64,000 nucleotides of DNA from Candidatus Sysuimicrobiota bacterium. GTDB taxonomy: Bacteria; Sysuimicrobiota; Sysuimicrobiia; Sysuimicrobiales; Sysuimicrobiaceae. Under the pieces are notes generated by a model. It was not told where the DNA came from and did not search any database. It saw nothing but the letters and a program-made list of their open reading frames with translations. Positions 37,269 through 46,113 of the stretch are shown here, in pieces. Every line of letters starts with the position of its first letter. The stretch's first letter is position 1. The stretch lies in contig PSLI01000001.1 of assembly GCA_040289515.1 (NCBI GenBank), positions 51,685-115,684 on the forward strand, in the 5' to 3' direction. Position numbers and translations under genes: made by a program.

Positions 37269-37845
37269 GGTTCCCGGAAGCCCGGTTGGCTGGCGGCGGC
37301 AACAGGAACTGGGGAGGGATGGCATCCGCCAGGTAGACGTCGTCGCTGGCGCAATAGAATGCGACTCCGGCCTCGTGGGCGCGGCGGGCCAGCACCGTGA
37401 GGATCACGGGGCTGGGGCTGTGCCGCAGGCCCACCTCCCGGGCCTGCAGGGGGGTTCTGGACAGGTGCACGAACCGACGGGTTCCGGGACGCAGCCCCTC
37501 CGACAGGATGGCCTCCAGCCGCTCGGGTGCGGTGCCGTGGTACAGCCACTCGGGGGGCCGCTGCGGCGTGCCCTCGGGCTGCACCGGTACGCTGTGGCCG
37601 TACAGGGCTCGCATGCGGCCGTCCCGCAGCTCGAAGCGACGCCGGCCGGGCAGCGCCACCACCGCCTCCAGGTCACCCGCGGTGGCGTCCTCCCACCCCC
37701 GCTGCCGCCGGATGGCTTCCAGCAACGCGTCCACGGGCACCCACCCGTGAGCGTCCAAGCGCAGGCCGAAGGCCTCCGGGCGGTGCCGGAGGATCAGGGA
37801 CAGCAAGCGGCTCAGCCGCTCCGCGCGGCTCCGGTCCGCGGTCAT
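37234..37845 (-). CDS. kptA: RNA 2'-phosphotransferase (Tpt1/KptA)
   Basis: LSLILRHRP, RRRFE, RALYGHS, LYHGT, FVHLS. Confidence 0.92.
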   Translation of the reverse strand: MTADRSRAERLSRLLSLILRHRPEAFGLRLDAHGWVPVDALLEAIRRQRGWEDATAGDLEAVVALPGRRRFELRDGRMRALYGHSVPVQPEGTPQRPPEWLYHGTAPERLEAILSEGLRPGTRRFVHLSRTPLQAREVGLRHSPSPVILTVLARRAHEAGVAFYCASDDVYLADAIPPQFLLPPPANRASGNLTPARERSAPR

Positions 37846-37892
37846 GGGTTGGATCCCGAGCGTATGATACACGCGGCGGGAGGGCCTTCGGG

Positions 37893-38786
37893 ATGAAGCC
37901 CCTCGTGGAGTGCGTCCCCAACGTGAGCGAGGGCCGCCGGCAGGAGGTGGTGGAGGAGCTGGCGGAGGCGGTGCGGGCCACTGGCGGTGTCCGGCTGTTG
38001 GATTACTCGTGGGACTGGGCGCACCACCGGTCCGTGTTCACGTTTGTCGGGCCTCCCGAGGCGGTGGTGCAGGCGGCGCTGGCGCTGGCCGCGGTGGCGG
38101 TGCGGCGCATCGACCTGCGGACCCACCGTGGGCTGCACCCGAGGATCGGCGCCTTGGACGTGGTCCCCTTCGTCCCCCTGCGGGGTGTGACCCTGGAGGA
38201 CTGCGTGCAGCTGAGCCGCACCTTCGCCCAGGCCCTGTGGGAGCGGCACCGGGTGCCGGTGTACTTCTACGCCCACTCCGCCCTGCGGCCGGGCCGCCGC
38301 TGGCTACCGTACATCCGGCGCGGGGGGTTCGAGGCACTGCAGTCCCGCATCGCGGAGCCCGACGGTCACCCCGACGTGGGCGAGCCCAGGGTCCACCCCA
38401 CCGCGGGAGCCACCGCCACCGGCGCCCGCGAGCTGCTGGTGGCGTGGAACTTCACCCTGGCCACGGAGGACGTGCAGGTGGCCTGGGCGGTGGCGCGGCG
38501 GGTGCGCCAGTCCTCCGGGGGACTGCTCGGCGTGCAGGCCTCCGGGTGGGCTTTGCCGCAGGGAGGGGTGCAGGTGTCGGTGAACGTGCTGGACTACCGC
38601 GCCACACCCTTGGACGTGCTGTACGAGGCGGTGCGCGAGGAAGCCGCCCGGTACGGGGTGCAGATCGCTGCCACGGAGTTCGTGGGGCTGGTGCCCGCGG
38701 AGGCGGTGGCACAGGTGGCCGCGCGCGCCCTGCGGGCGTCCAACCTGGACGTCCGCAGGGTGCTGGAAGCGAGGTTGGTGGAGTGA
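37893..38786 (+). CDS. glutamate formimidoyltransferase (stand-alone FT)
   Basis: VECVPNVSEGR, HHRSVFT, HPRIGALDVVPFVP, IRRGGFE, HPTAGA. Confidence 0.9.
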   Translation: MKPLVECVPNVSEGRRQEVVEELAEAVRATGGVRLLDYSWDWAHHRSVFTFVGPPEAVVQAALALAAVAVRRIDLRTHRGLHPRIGALDVVPFVPLRGVTLEDCVQLSRTFAQALWERHRVPVYFYAHSALRPGRRWLPYIRRGGFEALQSRIAEPDGHPDVGEPRVHPTAGATATGARELLVAWNFTLATEDVQVAWAVARRVRQSSGGLLGVQASGWALPQGGVQVSVNVLDYRATPLDVLYEAVREEAARYGVQIAATEFVGLVPAEAVAQVAARALRASNLDVRRVLEARLVE

Positions 38787-39649
38787 GGCCGCAATACATC
38801 CGCTGCGGCCGCCGCGTCCTTCCCGTGGGGCGCCGCACCCTGGTGATGGGCGTGCTGAACGTCACCCCGGACTCCTTCAGCGGAGACGGCCTGTTCACGG
38901 GCCCCGACTGGCTGGAGCGGGTGGTGCACACGGGGCAGCAGATGGTGCAGGAGGGCGCAGACCTGCTGGATGTGGGCGGGGAGTCCACGCGGCCCGGTGC
39001 GGATCCCGTGCCCTTGGAGGAGGAGCTCCGGCGGGTGGTGCCTGCGGTGGAGGCTCTCCGGAAGGCCGTAAACGTCCCCATCTCCGTGGACACCACGAAG
39101 GCGGAGGTGGCCCGGCAGGCCCTGCGGGCGGGGGCGGACCTGGTCAACGACATCAGCGCCCTGCGCTGGGACCCCGACATGGTGAAGGTGGTGGCGGAGG
39201 CGGGCTGTGGGGTGGTCCTGATGCACATGAAGGGCACCCCCAAGGACATGCAGCGCGACCCCCGCTACCACAACGTGGTGGCGGAGGTGCGGGTCTTCCT
39301 CGAGGAGCGCCTGCGCTGGGCGGAAAAGCACGGGATCGCCCGCGAGCACGTCCTGCTGGATCCTGGTTTCGGGTTCGGGAAGCGCCCGGAGCACAACTTG
39401 GAGCTGGTGCGCCACCTGCGGACCTTCCGAGAGCTGGGCTGCCCGGTGCTGCTGGGCGCGTCCCGGAAGAGCACCATCGGAGTGCTGCTGGGCGGGCTTC
39501 CGCCTGCAAAGCGGGTGGAGGGCACCGCGGCGGTGGTGGCCCTGGCGGTGGCGTACGGCGTGGACGTCGTCCGCGTGCACGACGTGCGGGCCATGGTGCG
39601 GGTGGTACGGGTGGCGGATGCCCTGGTGCGTGGGTGGAATCCAGGCTAG
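38783..39649 (+). CDS. folP: dihydropteroate synthase
   Basis: MGVLNVTPDSFS, GGESTRPG, DPGFGFGK, SRKS, RVHDV. Confidence 0.96.
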   Translation: MRPQYIRCGRRVLPVGRRTLVMGVLNVTPDSFSGDGLFTGPDWLERVVHTGQQMVQEGADLLDVGGESTRPGADPVPLEEELRRVVPAVEALRKAVNVPISVDTTKAEVARQALRAGADLVNDISALRWDPDMVKVVAEAGCGVVLMHMKGTPKDMQRDPRYHNVVAEVRVFLEERLRWAEKHGIAREHVLLDPGFGFGKRPEHNLELVRHLRTFRELGCPVLLGASRKSTIGVLLGGLPPAKRVEGTAAVVALAVAYGVDVVRVHDVRAMVRVVRVADALVRGWNPG

Positions 39650-39652
39650 GAG

Positions 39653-40042
39653 GTGGCGGTGGACCGCATCGTGCTGAAGGATATGGCCTTCTACGGCCCC
39701 CACGGGGTGCAGCCCGAGGAGCGCGAGCGCGGCCAGGTGTTCTTCGTGGACGTGGAGCTGGAGTGCGACCTGCACCCCGCGGGCCACAGCGACAACCTGC
39801 TAGACACCGTGGACTACCGGGAGGTGTACCGGCGGGTGCAGGCGGTGCTCACAGGGCCTTCGCGGGCGCTGCTGGAGGCGCTCGCGGAGCAGGTGGCCCA
39901 CCGGTTGCTGGAGCTGGAAGGTGTGCAGTCGGTGCGGGTGGAGGTTCGCAAGCCCCACGTGAACCTGGGCGGGCCGGTCGGGTTCGCTGCGGTGCGGGTG
40001 GAACGCCGGCGGGCCGTCCGGGTGGGTTCGTCGGAGGTGTAG
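39653..40042 (+). CDS. folB: dihydroneopterin aldolase
   Basis: FYGPHGVQPEER..GQ.F.VD, TVDY, LLEALAE, VRKP. Confidence 0.93.
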   Translation: MAVDRIVLKDMAFYGPHGVQPEERERGQVFFVDVELECDLHPAGHSDNLLDTVDYREVYRRVQAVLTGPSRALLEALAEQVAHRLLELEGVQSVRVEVRKPHVNLGGPVGFAAVRVERRRAVRVGSSEV

Positions 40043-40044
40043 GA

Positions 40045-40521
40045 GTGAACGAGCGGGTGTTCCTCTCCCTCGGGTCGAACCTGGGCGCCCGGCAGGCAAA
40101 CCTGCAGGCGGCGTTGAGGCTGCTGCAGGAGGGAGGGGTGCGGGTGGTGCGGTGCAGCTCCTGGTACGAGACGGACCCCGTGGGCTACGTGGACCAGCCG
40201 CCCTTTCTCAACCTGGTGGTGGAGGCCCGCACGGAGCTTTCGCCGCACGCCCTTCTGCGGCTGGCGCAACGCGTGGAGTCTGCCCTGGGGCGTGTGCGGC
40301 AGGTGCCCTGGGGCCCGCGTACGGCGGACGTGGACCTGCTGCTGTACGGGAATCGGGTGGTGGCCACCCCGGAGCTGGTCCTGCCGCACCCCCGCATGCG
40401 GGAACGCGCCTTCGTCCTGGTCCCTCTGCACGAGGTGGCCCCGGACCTGGTACTGCCAGACGGGACTCCTGTACGCAGCCTGCTGCCGCAGGTGGCAGAC
40501 CAGCGAGTGCAGCGGCGATGA
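40045..40521 (+). CDS. folK: 6-hydroxymethyl-7,8-dihydropterin pyrophosphokinase
   Basis: LSLGSNLG, YETDP, FLN, WGPRTADVDLL, LPHPRM.ERAFVL. Confidence 0.95.
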   Translation: MNERVFLSLGSNLGARQANLQAALRLLQEGGVRVVRCSSWYETDPVGYVDQPPFLNLVVEARTELSPHALLRLAQRVESALGRVRQVPWGPRTADVDLLLYGNRVVATPELVLPHPRMRERAFVLVPLHEVAPDLVLPDGTPVRSLLPQVADQRVQRR

Positions 40522-41264
40522 CGGAGCTAGACGCCGTGCAGCGCGACCTGCGCACCCGGTACGTGGGCCGGCGGCTTTACTGGTTCGAGGAGGTGACCTC
40601 CACCAACGACGTGGCCCACACCCTGGCGGAACAGGGGACGCCGGAGGGGACCGTGGTGGCGGCGCGCACGCAGACCGAGGGGCGGGGTCGGCTGGGGCGA
40701 CGGTGGGTCTCCCCACCCGGTGGGCTGTGGCTGTCCGTGGTGTTCCGTCCTCCTGCAGCGCCCCATGAGCTTCCGCGCCTGGGCCTGGGCATGGGCGTGG
40801 CGTGCAGCCGGGCTTTGGAGCGCGCCTGCGGGGTTCGCGTGGGCCTGCGGTGGCCCAACGACCTGGTGGTGGAAGGCCGAAAGGTGGGCGGTATTCTCGT
40901 GGAATCCGGGCCGGAGGGACGGTGGCTGGTGGTGGGGATCGGCGTGAACGTGAGCGTGCCCGCAGACCAGCTCCCCGAGGGCGCCGCGTCCGTGGAGCAG
41001 GTGGCGCCCGTCGATCGCGCCGCGCTCCTGCAGGCCCTCCTGGTGGAGGTGGAGATGGCCTATGAGCTGTTCCGCGGTGGGGACTGGGCCACCCTGCTGG
41101 ACTGGTGGCGCCGCAGGTCCACCACCCTGGGCCGCCGCGTGCGGGTGCACGTGGCCTCGGGGGTGTACGAGGGGGTTGCGGAGGACGTGGACGAGGACGG
41201 CGCGCTCCTTCTCAGGCTGCCGGACGGGCGGCACAAACGCATCGTGGCGGGGGACGTAGGCTGA
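40518..41264 (+). CDS. birA: biotin-protein ligase (no N-terminal HTH)
   Basis: STN, QTEGRGRLGRRW, RWPND, KVGGILVE, GIGVNV. Confidence 0.92.
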   Translation: MTELDAVQRDLRTRYVGRRLYWFEEVTSTNDVAHTLAEQGTPEGTVVAARTQTEGRGRLGRRWVSPPGGLWLSVVFRPPAAPHELPRLGLGMGVACSRALERACGVRVGLRWPNDLVVEGRKVGGILVESGPEGRWLVVGIGVNVSVPADQLPEGAASVEQVAPVDRAALLQALLVEVEMAYELFRGGDWATLLDWWRRRSTTLGRRVRVHVASGVYEGVAEDVDEDGALLLRLPDGRHKRIVAGDVG

Positions 41265-41285
41265 GGCTCGGGGAGGGGAAAGACG

Positions 41286-42257
41286 GTGCCGGCCATCACG
41301 GACGTAGCGGGGATCCGGGTAGGGCATGCCACGGACCTGGAGGCAGCTACCGGCTGCACCGTGGTCCTGTGCGAGCAGGGCGCGGTGGCGGGCGTGGAGG
41401 TGCGAGGCAGCGCACCAGGTACCCGCGAGACGGATCTGTTGCATCCCCTCAACCGCGTGCAGCACGTGCACGGGGTCCTGCTGACGGGTGGCAGTGCGTT
41501 CGGCCTGGCGGCTGCGGACGGGGTGATGCGCTACCTAGAGGAGCGGGGGGTGGGCTACGACGTGGTGGTGGCCAGGGTCCCCATCGTGCCCGCGGGGGTC
41601 ATCTTTGATCTGTGGTTGGGCCGCCCCGACGTGCGGCCGGACGCTGCCATGGGCTACGCGGCGTGCCAGGCCGCCTCCGAAGACCCGCCGGGGGAGGGAA
41701 CCGTGGGCGCGGGCACCGGTGCGACCGTGGGCAAGCTGTACGGTCCTGTGGGAGCCATGAAGGGCGGCGTCGGGACGTGGGGGGAAACGCTGGCCGGTGG
41801 CCAGGTGGTGGCGGCCCTGGTGGTGGTGAATGCGGTGGGCGACGTGCTGGCTGCGGACGGGTCGGTGCTGGCGGGGACGCGCGACCCCGCCACGGGAAAG
41901 CTGGTGGGCTCCGCGGCGCTGCTGCGCAGCGGCTACGTGCCGCCCCGCATGCTCGGCCAGAGCACCGTGGTGGGGGTGGTGGCCACCAACGTGTCGCTGT
42001 CCAAGGTGGAGTGCAACCGCCTGGCGCGGGTGGCGCACCACGGGCTGGCGCAGGCGGTCTCGCCCTCCCACACCACCCTGGACGGCGACACCTTTTTCGC
42101 CCTGAGCCTCGGGCAGGTAGAGGGCGTCTACGACGTGGTGGCCGCGGCGGTGCCCTCCGTGGTGGCGGAGGCCATCCGACGTGCGGTGCGGGCGGCACGC
42201 GGGCTGCACGGCATCCCAGGGCTGGCGGATGGCCCTGAAGGGTTGCACCCAGCCTGA
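41286..42257 (+). CDS. P1/S58 (DmpA-like) aminopeptidase family protein
   Basis: ITDVAGIRVGH, GSAPGTRET, GGSAFGL, GAGTGAT, DGDTFF. Confidence 0.88.
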   Translation: MPAITDVAGIRVGHATDLEAATGCTVVLCEQGAVAGVEVRGSAPGTRETDLLHPLNRVQHVHGVLLTGGSAFGLAAADGVMRYLEERGVGYDVVVARVPIVPAGVIFDLWLGRPDVRPDAAMGYAACQAASEDPPGEGTVGAGTGATVGKLYGPVGAMKGGVGTWGETLAGGQVVAALVVVNAVGDVLAADGSVLAGTRDPATGKLVGSAALLRSGYVPPRMLGQSTVVGVVATNVSLSKVECNRLARVAHHGLAQAVSPSHTTLDGDTFFALSLGQVEGVYDVVAAAVPSVVAEAIRRAVRAARGLHGIPGLADGPEGLHPA

Positions 42258-42271
42258 AGCGCGGTTAGGCT
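42243..42271 (+). promoter_or_regulatory. putative sigma70 promoter for the S-component/coaX genes
   Basis: TTGCAC(42243-48)-17 bp-TAGGCT(42266-71). Confidence 0.55.
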
Positions 42272-42279
42272 GTTGGCGG

Positions 42280-42370
42280 GCCGGCATCCACTGCGAGTCG
42301 GACCCCGGCGAACCGAAATCCCCTTCGGTCCGTCCGGTACTGGGAGGCCAGACTGGAACGGAGGTGCCGC
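42280..42370 (+). ncRNA. structured 5' leader, pan-motif-like candidate cis-regulatory RNA
   Basis: Nested stems CCGG-CG-A-ACCGAA[ATCCCC]TTCGGT-C-CG-T-CCGG and an outer CGGCATC/GGTGCCG stem overlapping the SD; lies upstream of pantothenate/CoA genes. Confidence 0.5.
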
Positions 42371-43156
42371 GTGGAGCCTGTCCGATCCTCCGCGCCCGCA
42401 CGGAGGGGTCTGCGTCTGCGGGCGCAGGACCTGACGGTGGTAGGAGCTCTGGGTGCTGTAAGCGCGGTGCTGGGCACAGTACCCGGGCTTGGCTTCGTCC
42501 CCGCCCCCACGCCCGCGGGGGCTGCCACCACCCTGCATATTCCCGCTATCCTGGCTGGCCTGACACGGGGTCCCGTGGCGGGAGCCCTGGTGGGGTTGGT
42601 TTTCGGGTTCTTCAGCTTCACCCGCGCCACGCTCCCCTTCTTCAAAGACCCGCTTATCGCGTTTGTCCCGAGGGTGCTCATCGGCGTGCTCACCGCGTAC
42701 GCCTTCGCCCTCCTGGGCCGCACGGCCTCTCGCGCGGTGGCGGCTTTGGCCTGTGGGGCGGCGGTGTTCGTGGCCCTGGGGCCCGGGGCCGCAGCCTTCG
42801 AGGCCGCTTTCGCGGCGGGCCGGGTGCCCTCCAGCTGGCTGGTGGACCTGTATCACGCGGTGGCCGCGCAGACATCCCGCACCCCATGGGTGGGTTTTGC
42901 CGCGGGCCTTGCGGGTGCCCTGCTGGCGTATGCGGCCCTGCGGCCAGAGGACGCGCCGGTGGGGGCCGCGGCGGTGGTGGGCACCCTCACCAACACCGTG
43001 GGAGTGCTCATCCTGATCGTGCTGCGGTTCCCCGAGATGATGCCGCCCGGTGCTGCATTCCTGGTGGGCGCCACCCACGGCCTGCCGGAGGCGGTGCTGG
43101 CCGTGGTGGTGACCGTGCCTACCTACCGGGCCCTGCGGGCCGCAAGGCTGGTGTGA
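42371..43156 (+). CDS. ECF transporter S component (PanT-like)
   Basis: LGFVP.P, TTLHIPAI, GLVFGFFSF, VPRVLIG, GTLTNTVGVL, HGLPEA; adjacent to coaX. Confidence 0.8.
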   Translation: MEPVRSSAPARRGLRLRAQDLTVVGALGAVSAVLGTVPGLGFVPAPTPAGAATTLHIPAILAGLTRGPVAGALVGLVFGFFSFTRATLPFFKDPLIAFVPRVLIGVLTAYAFALLGRTASRAVAALACGAAVFVALGPGAAAFEAAFAAGRVPSSWLVDLYHAVAAQTSRTPWVGFAAGLAGALLAYAALRPEDAPVGAAAVVGTLTNTVGVLILIVLRFPEMMPPGAAFLVGATHGLPEAVLAVVVTVPTYRALRAARLV

Positions 43157-43165
43157 GGAGGCGCC

Positions 43166-43957
43166 GTGTTGCTGGCGGTGAACGTGAACAACACGCAGAT
43201 CAAGCTGGCGGTGTACCCGGATCCCGAGCGGGACCCGCAGCCCCGGGTAGACTGGCGGGTGTCTACAGACTGGCAGAAGACGGAGGACGAGTACGGCGTC
43301 CTGTTCGCCCACCTGTTCCAGCACGCGGGGCTGAGCCTCCGGGACGTCACGGACGTGGCGGTATCGTGCGTGGTGCCACCCCTGTTGGACACCGTGGAGC
43401 GGCTGTGCGAGCGGTACTTCGGCACGCGCCCGTTGGTGGTGGGGCCGGGGATCCGTACCGGGATGCGGATCCTGTACGAGAACCCCCGGGAGGTGGGCGC
43501 AGACCGCATCTGCAACGCGGTGGCCGCCTTCGCCCGGTACGGCGGCCCCAGCGTGGTGTGCGACTTCGGGACCGCCACCACCTTCACCGCGGTGTCCCGG
43601 GAGGGCGACTTCCTGGGGGGAGCCATCGCCCCGGGCATCGGCATCTCCCTGGACGCCCTGGCGGAGCACACCGCACAACTCCCCCGCATCGACCTGGAGA
43701 AGCCCCGCAGCGCCATCGGCCGGTCCACGGTGGCGGCCATGCAGGCAGGAGTGTACTACGGGTTCATCGGGCAGGTGGAGGAGATCGTGCGCCGGATTCA
43801 GCGGGAGCTGGGCGAGCCCGCCACGGTGATCGCCACGGGCGGCTGGGCGCGCCTGCTGGCCGAGGAGCTGACCTGCATCCACCACCACGACCCCCTGCTG
43901 ACCCTGGAGGGACTACGCATCCTGTTCCTGCGGAACCGCAGGGTGGAGGCGCGGTAG
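43166..43957 (+). CDS. coaX: type III pantothenate kinase
   Basis: SCVVP, YENPREVGADR, DFGTATT, GGAIAPG, IATGG, LTLEGL. Confidence 0.93.
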   Translation: MLLAVNVNNTQIKLAVYPDPERDPQPRVDWRVSTDWQKTEDEYGVLFAHLFQHAGLSLRDVTDVAVSCVVPPLLDTVERLCERYFGTRPLVVGPGIRTGMRILYENPREVGADRICNAVAAFARYGGPSVVCDFGTATTFTAVSREGDFLGGAIAPGIGISLDALAEHTAQLPRIDLEKPRSAIGRSTVAAMQAGVYYGFIGQVEEIVRRIQRELGEPATVIATGGWARLLAEELTCIHHHDPLLTLEGLRILFLRNRRVEAR

Positions 43958-43980
43958 GGCCCGCGTGGTACATTGGCCTC

Positions 43981-44970
43981 GTGAAGCGGGTGGTGAGCGT
44001 GAGCCTGGGCTCCTCCCAGCGTGACAGCCGCCTGGAGCTGGAGCTGCTGGGCGAGCGGGTGGTGGTGGAGCGGGTCGGCACGGACGGTGACCTGCGGCGG
44101 TGCGCGCGGCTGCTGGAGTCCCTGGACGGGACCGTGGACGCCATCGGCCTGGGCGGCATGGACCTGTTCCTGCAGGCGGGGCACCGGCGCTACTACCTGC
44201 GGGACGCGGTGCGGCTGGCGCGCCGGGTCCGGCGCACGCCGGTAGTGGACGGCAGCGGTCTCAAGCAGGCGTGGGAGCCCTTCGTGGTGCTGCACTACCT
44301 GCCGGAGGTGGTGGGCTACGGGTTGAGGGGCCGGCGCGTGCTACAGGTAAGCTCCGTGGACCGGTACGGCATGGCGGAGGCTTTCGCCCGTGCGGGCGCC
44401 CAGGTGGTGTACGGGGACTTTCTGTTCGCCTTGGGCCTGCCGATCCCCCTGCGGTCCTTACGGGCAGTACGGGTGCTCGCCGCCCTGCTCCTGCCCTTAC
44501 TCAGCCAGGTCCCCATCGGCTGGTTGTACCCCACGGGTAAGCGGCAGGAGCGCACCACGCCCCGATTTATCGGCTACTTCCGCTGGGCGGAGGTGGTGGC
44601 AGGGGACTTCCATTTTATCCGCCGGTACATGCCCCACGACCTGCAGGATAAGGTGGTGCTGAGCCAGACCCTCACCCGGGCAGACGTGGAGGAGCTGCGG
44701 CGCCGCGGCGTAGCTTTGCTGGTCACCGTGACCCCCGAGCTCAGCGGGCGGTCCTTGGGGACCAACGTGTTCCAGGCGCTGGTGGTGGCCTTCGCGGGCA
44801 AGCCGCCGGAGACCATCGCCCCGGAGGAGTACGTACACTGGATGCACCGCCTGGGCTTCGGGCCACGGGGGGAGTGGTTGAATCCTCCGGGCTCCGCGGA
44901 GCTGCGGGAGCTGTACGACCGCTGGCACGAGGGGAGGACCGCACAGCGGTGGAGCGCTTCGCCTTCGTGA
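43981..44970 (+). CDS. conserved protein of unknown function (family often labelled 'quinate 5-dehydrogenase')
   Basis: KRVVSVSLGSSQRD, RVGTDGD, GLGGMD, VVDGSGLK, DRYGMA, GDFHFI, GTNV. Confidence 0.7.
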   Translation: MKRVVSVSLGSSQRDSRLELELLGERVVVERVGTDGDLRRCARLLESLDGTVDAIGLGGMDLFLQAGHRRYYLRDAVRLARRVRRTPVVDGSGLKQAWEPFVVLHYLPEVVGYGLRGRRVLQVSSVDRYGMAEAFARAGAQVVYGDFLFALGLPIPLRSLRAVRVLAALLLPLLSQVPIGWLYPTGKRQERTTPRFIGYFRWAEVVAGDFHFIRRYMPHDLQDKVVLSQTLTRADVEELRRRGVALLVTVTPELSGRSLGTNVFQALVVAFAGKPPETIAPEEYVHWMHRLGFGPRGEWLNPPGSAELRELYDRWHEGRTAQRWSASPS

Positions 44971-46034
44971 TCCACCCGCTGCAGGTGGAGGACTTCGCCC
45001 GCAAGTACCCTTTCACCCGCGCTCTTCCGCCCCGCTGGGTGGAGGCCGCCTTCCGCCGGGTCCCACCCCTGGTGGTGTCCCACATCACGGGAATTCGGTC
45101 CGCACTGGGCCAGCAGGCGGAGGGGTGGTTCATCGGCCTGCCCATGACGCCCTGGGCGCTCCTCGCCGCGGATCCGGAGTTTGTGTACCGGCGCCTGGTG
45201 CGTTGCGCGGAAATGGCCCACCGCCTGGGCGCTCGCATCCTGGGCCTGGGGGCCTTCACCAAGATTGTGGGGGACCGGGGCGTGACGGTGGCCGCGCGCT
45301 CTCCAATCCCTGTCACCACGGGCAACTCCTACACCGCGGCCACGGCGGTGGAGGGGGCGCTCCTGGCAGCCCAGCGCATGGACGTTTCCCCCTCCCAGGC
45401 CCACGCGGCAGTGGTGGGCGCTACGGGCGCCATCGGGGCCGCCTGCGCGCGGCTACTGGCGCGGGAGGTCTCCTCCCTCGTCCTCGTGGCCCGGGGCCGG
45501 GAGCGCCTGGAGGCCCTGGGAGAGCAGATCCGCAGCCAGACGGCCTGCACGGTGCGCACCACCGACCGGGTGCGGGAGGCCGTGCGGGAGGCGGACATTG
45601 TACTTACCGTGACCAGCGCCACCACGGTGCTGGTGGAGCCAGAGGACCTCAAACCGGGGGCGGTGGTGTGCGACGTGGCCCGGCCCCGCAACGTGTCCCG
45701 CGAGGTGTACGCGCGGCGGGACGACGTGCTGGTGCTGGACGGTGGGGTGATCCAGGTTCCCGGGGAGGTGGACTTCGGGCTGGACTTCGGATTTCCCCCG
45801 GGCACCTGCGAGGCCTGCATGGCGGAGACCATGGCTCTCGCCCTGGAGGGCCGGTACGAGTCCTACACGGTGGGGGCGGACGTCTGTCTGGAACGCGTGG
45901 AGGAGATCGCCCGCATCGCCCGCAAGCACGGGTTCCGGTTGGCGGGGTTCCGGCGGTTCGAGCGGGCCGTCGGGGAGGAGGAGATCGAACAGATCCGCCG
46001 GCGGGCCCGCCGTGCGGCGGGTAGGCTCGTTTGA
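44949..46034 (+). CDS. acyl-ACP reductase-like NAD(P)-dependent oxidoreductase (often labelled 'shikimate dehydrogenase')
   Basis: FAFVIHP, GLGAFTKIV, TTGNSYTA, GATGAIG, CDVARP, ACMAETM, KHGF. Confidence 0.75.
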   Translation: MERFAFVIHPLQVEDFARKYPFTRALPPRWVEAAFRRVPPLVVSHITGIRSALGQQAEGWFIGLPMTPWALLAADPEFVYRRLVRCAEMAHRLGARILGLGAFTKIVGDRGVTVAARSPIPVTTGNSYTAATAVEGALLAAQRMDVSPSQAHAAVVGATGAIGAACARLLAREVSSLVLVARGRERLEALGEQIRSQTACTVRTTDRVREAVREADIVLTVTSATTVLVEPEDLKPGAVVCDVARPRNVSREVYARRDDVLVLDGGVIQVPGEVDFGLDFGFPPGTCEACMAETMALALEGRYESYTVGADVCLERVEEIARIARKHGFRLAGFRRFERAVGEEEIEQIRRRARRAAGRLV

Positions 46035-46060
46035 AGGGGGACGATCGGTCCGCGTATAAT
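46031..46060 (+). promoter_or_regulatory. sigma70 promoter of greA
   Basis: TTGAAG(46031-36)-18 bp-TATAAT(46055-60). Confidence 0.7.
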
Positions 46061-46080
46061 AGCGGCGAAGGAGCAGGGGA

Positions 46081-46113
46081 CGCTGTGGGCGCGGGCTCAC
46101 GGTGTTTTGTTTT
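46081..46113 (+). terminator. intrinsic terminator/attenuator in the greA leader
   Basis: CGCTGTGGGC-GCGG-GCTCACGGTG followed by TTTTGTTTT. Confidence 0.65.

Noticed and set aside
42200..42295. THF riboswitch (GCATCCACTG resembles its 3' end)
   Set aside because: The 5' conserved elements are absent and would fall inside the peptidase CDS.
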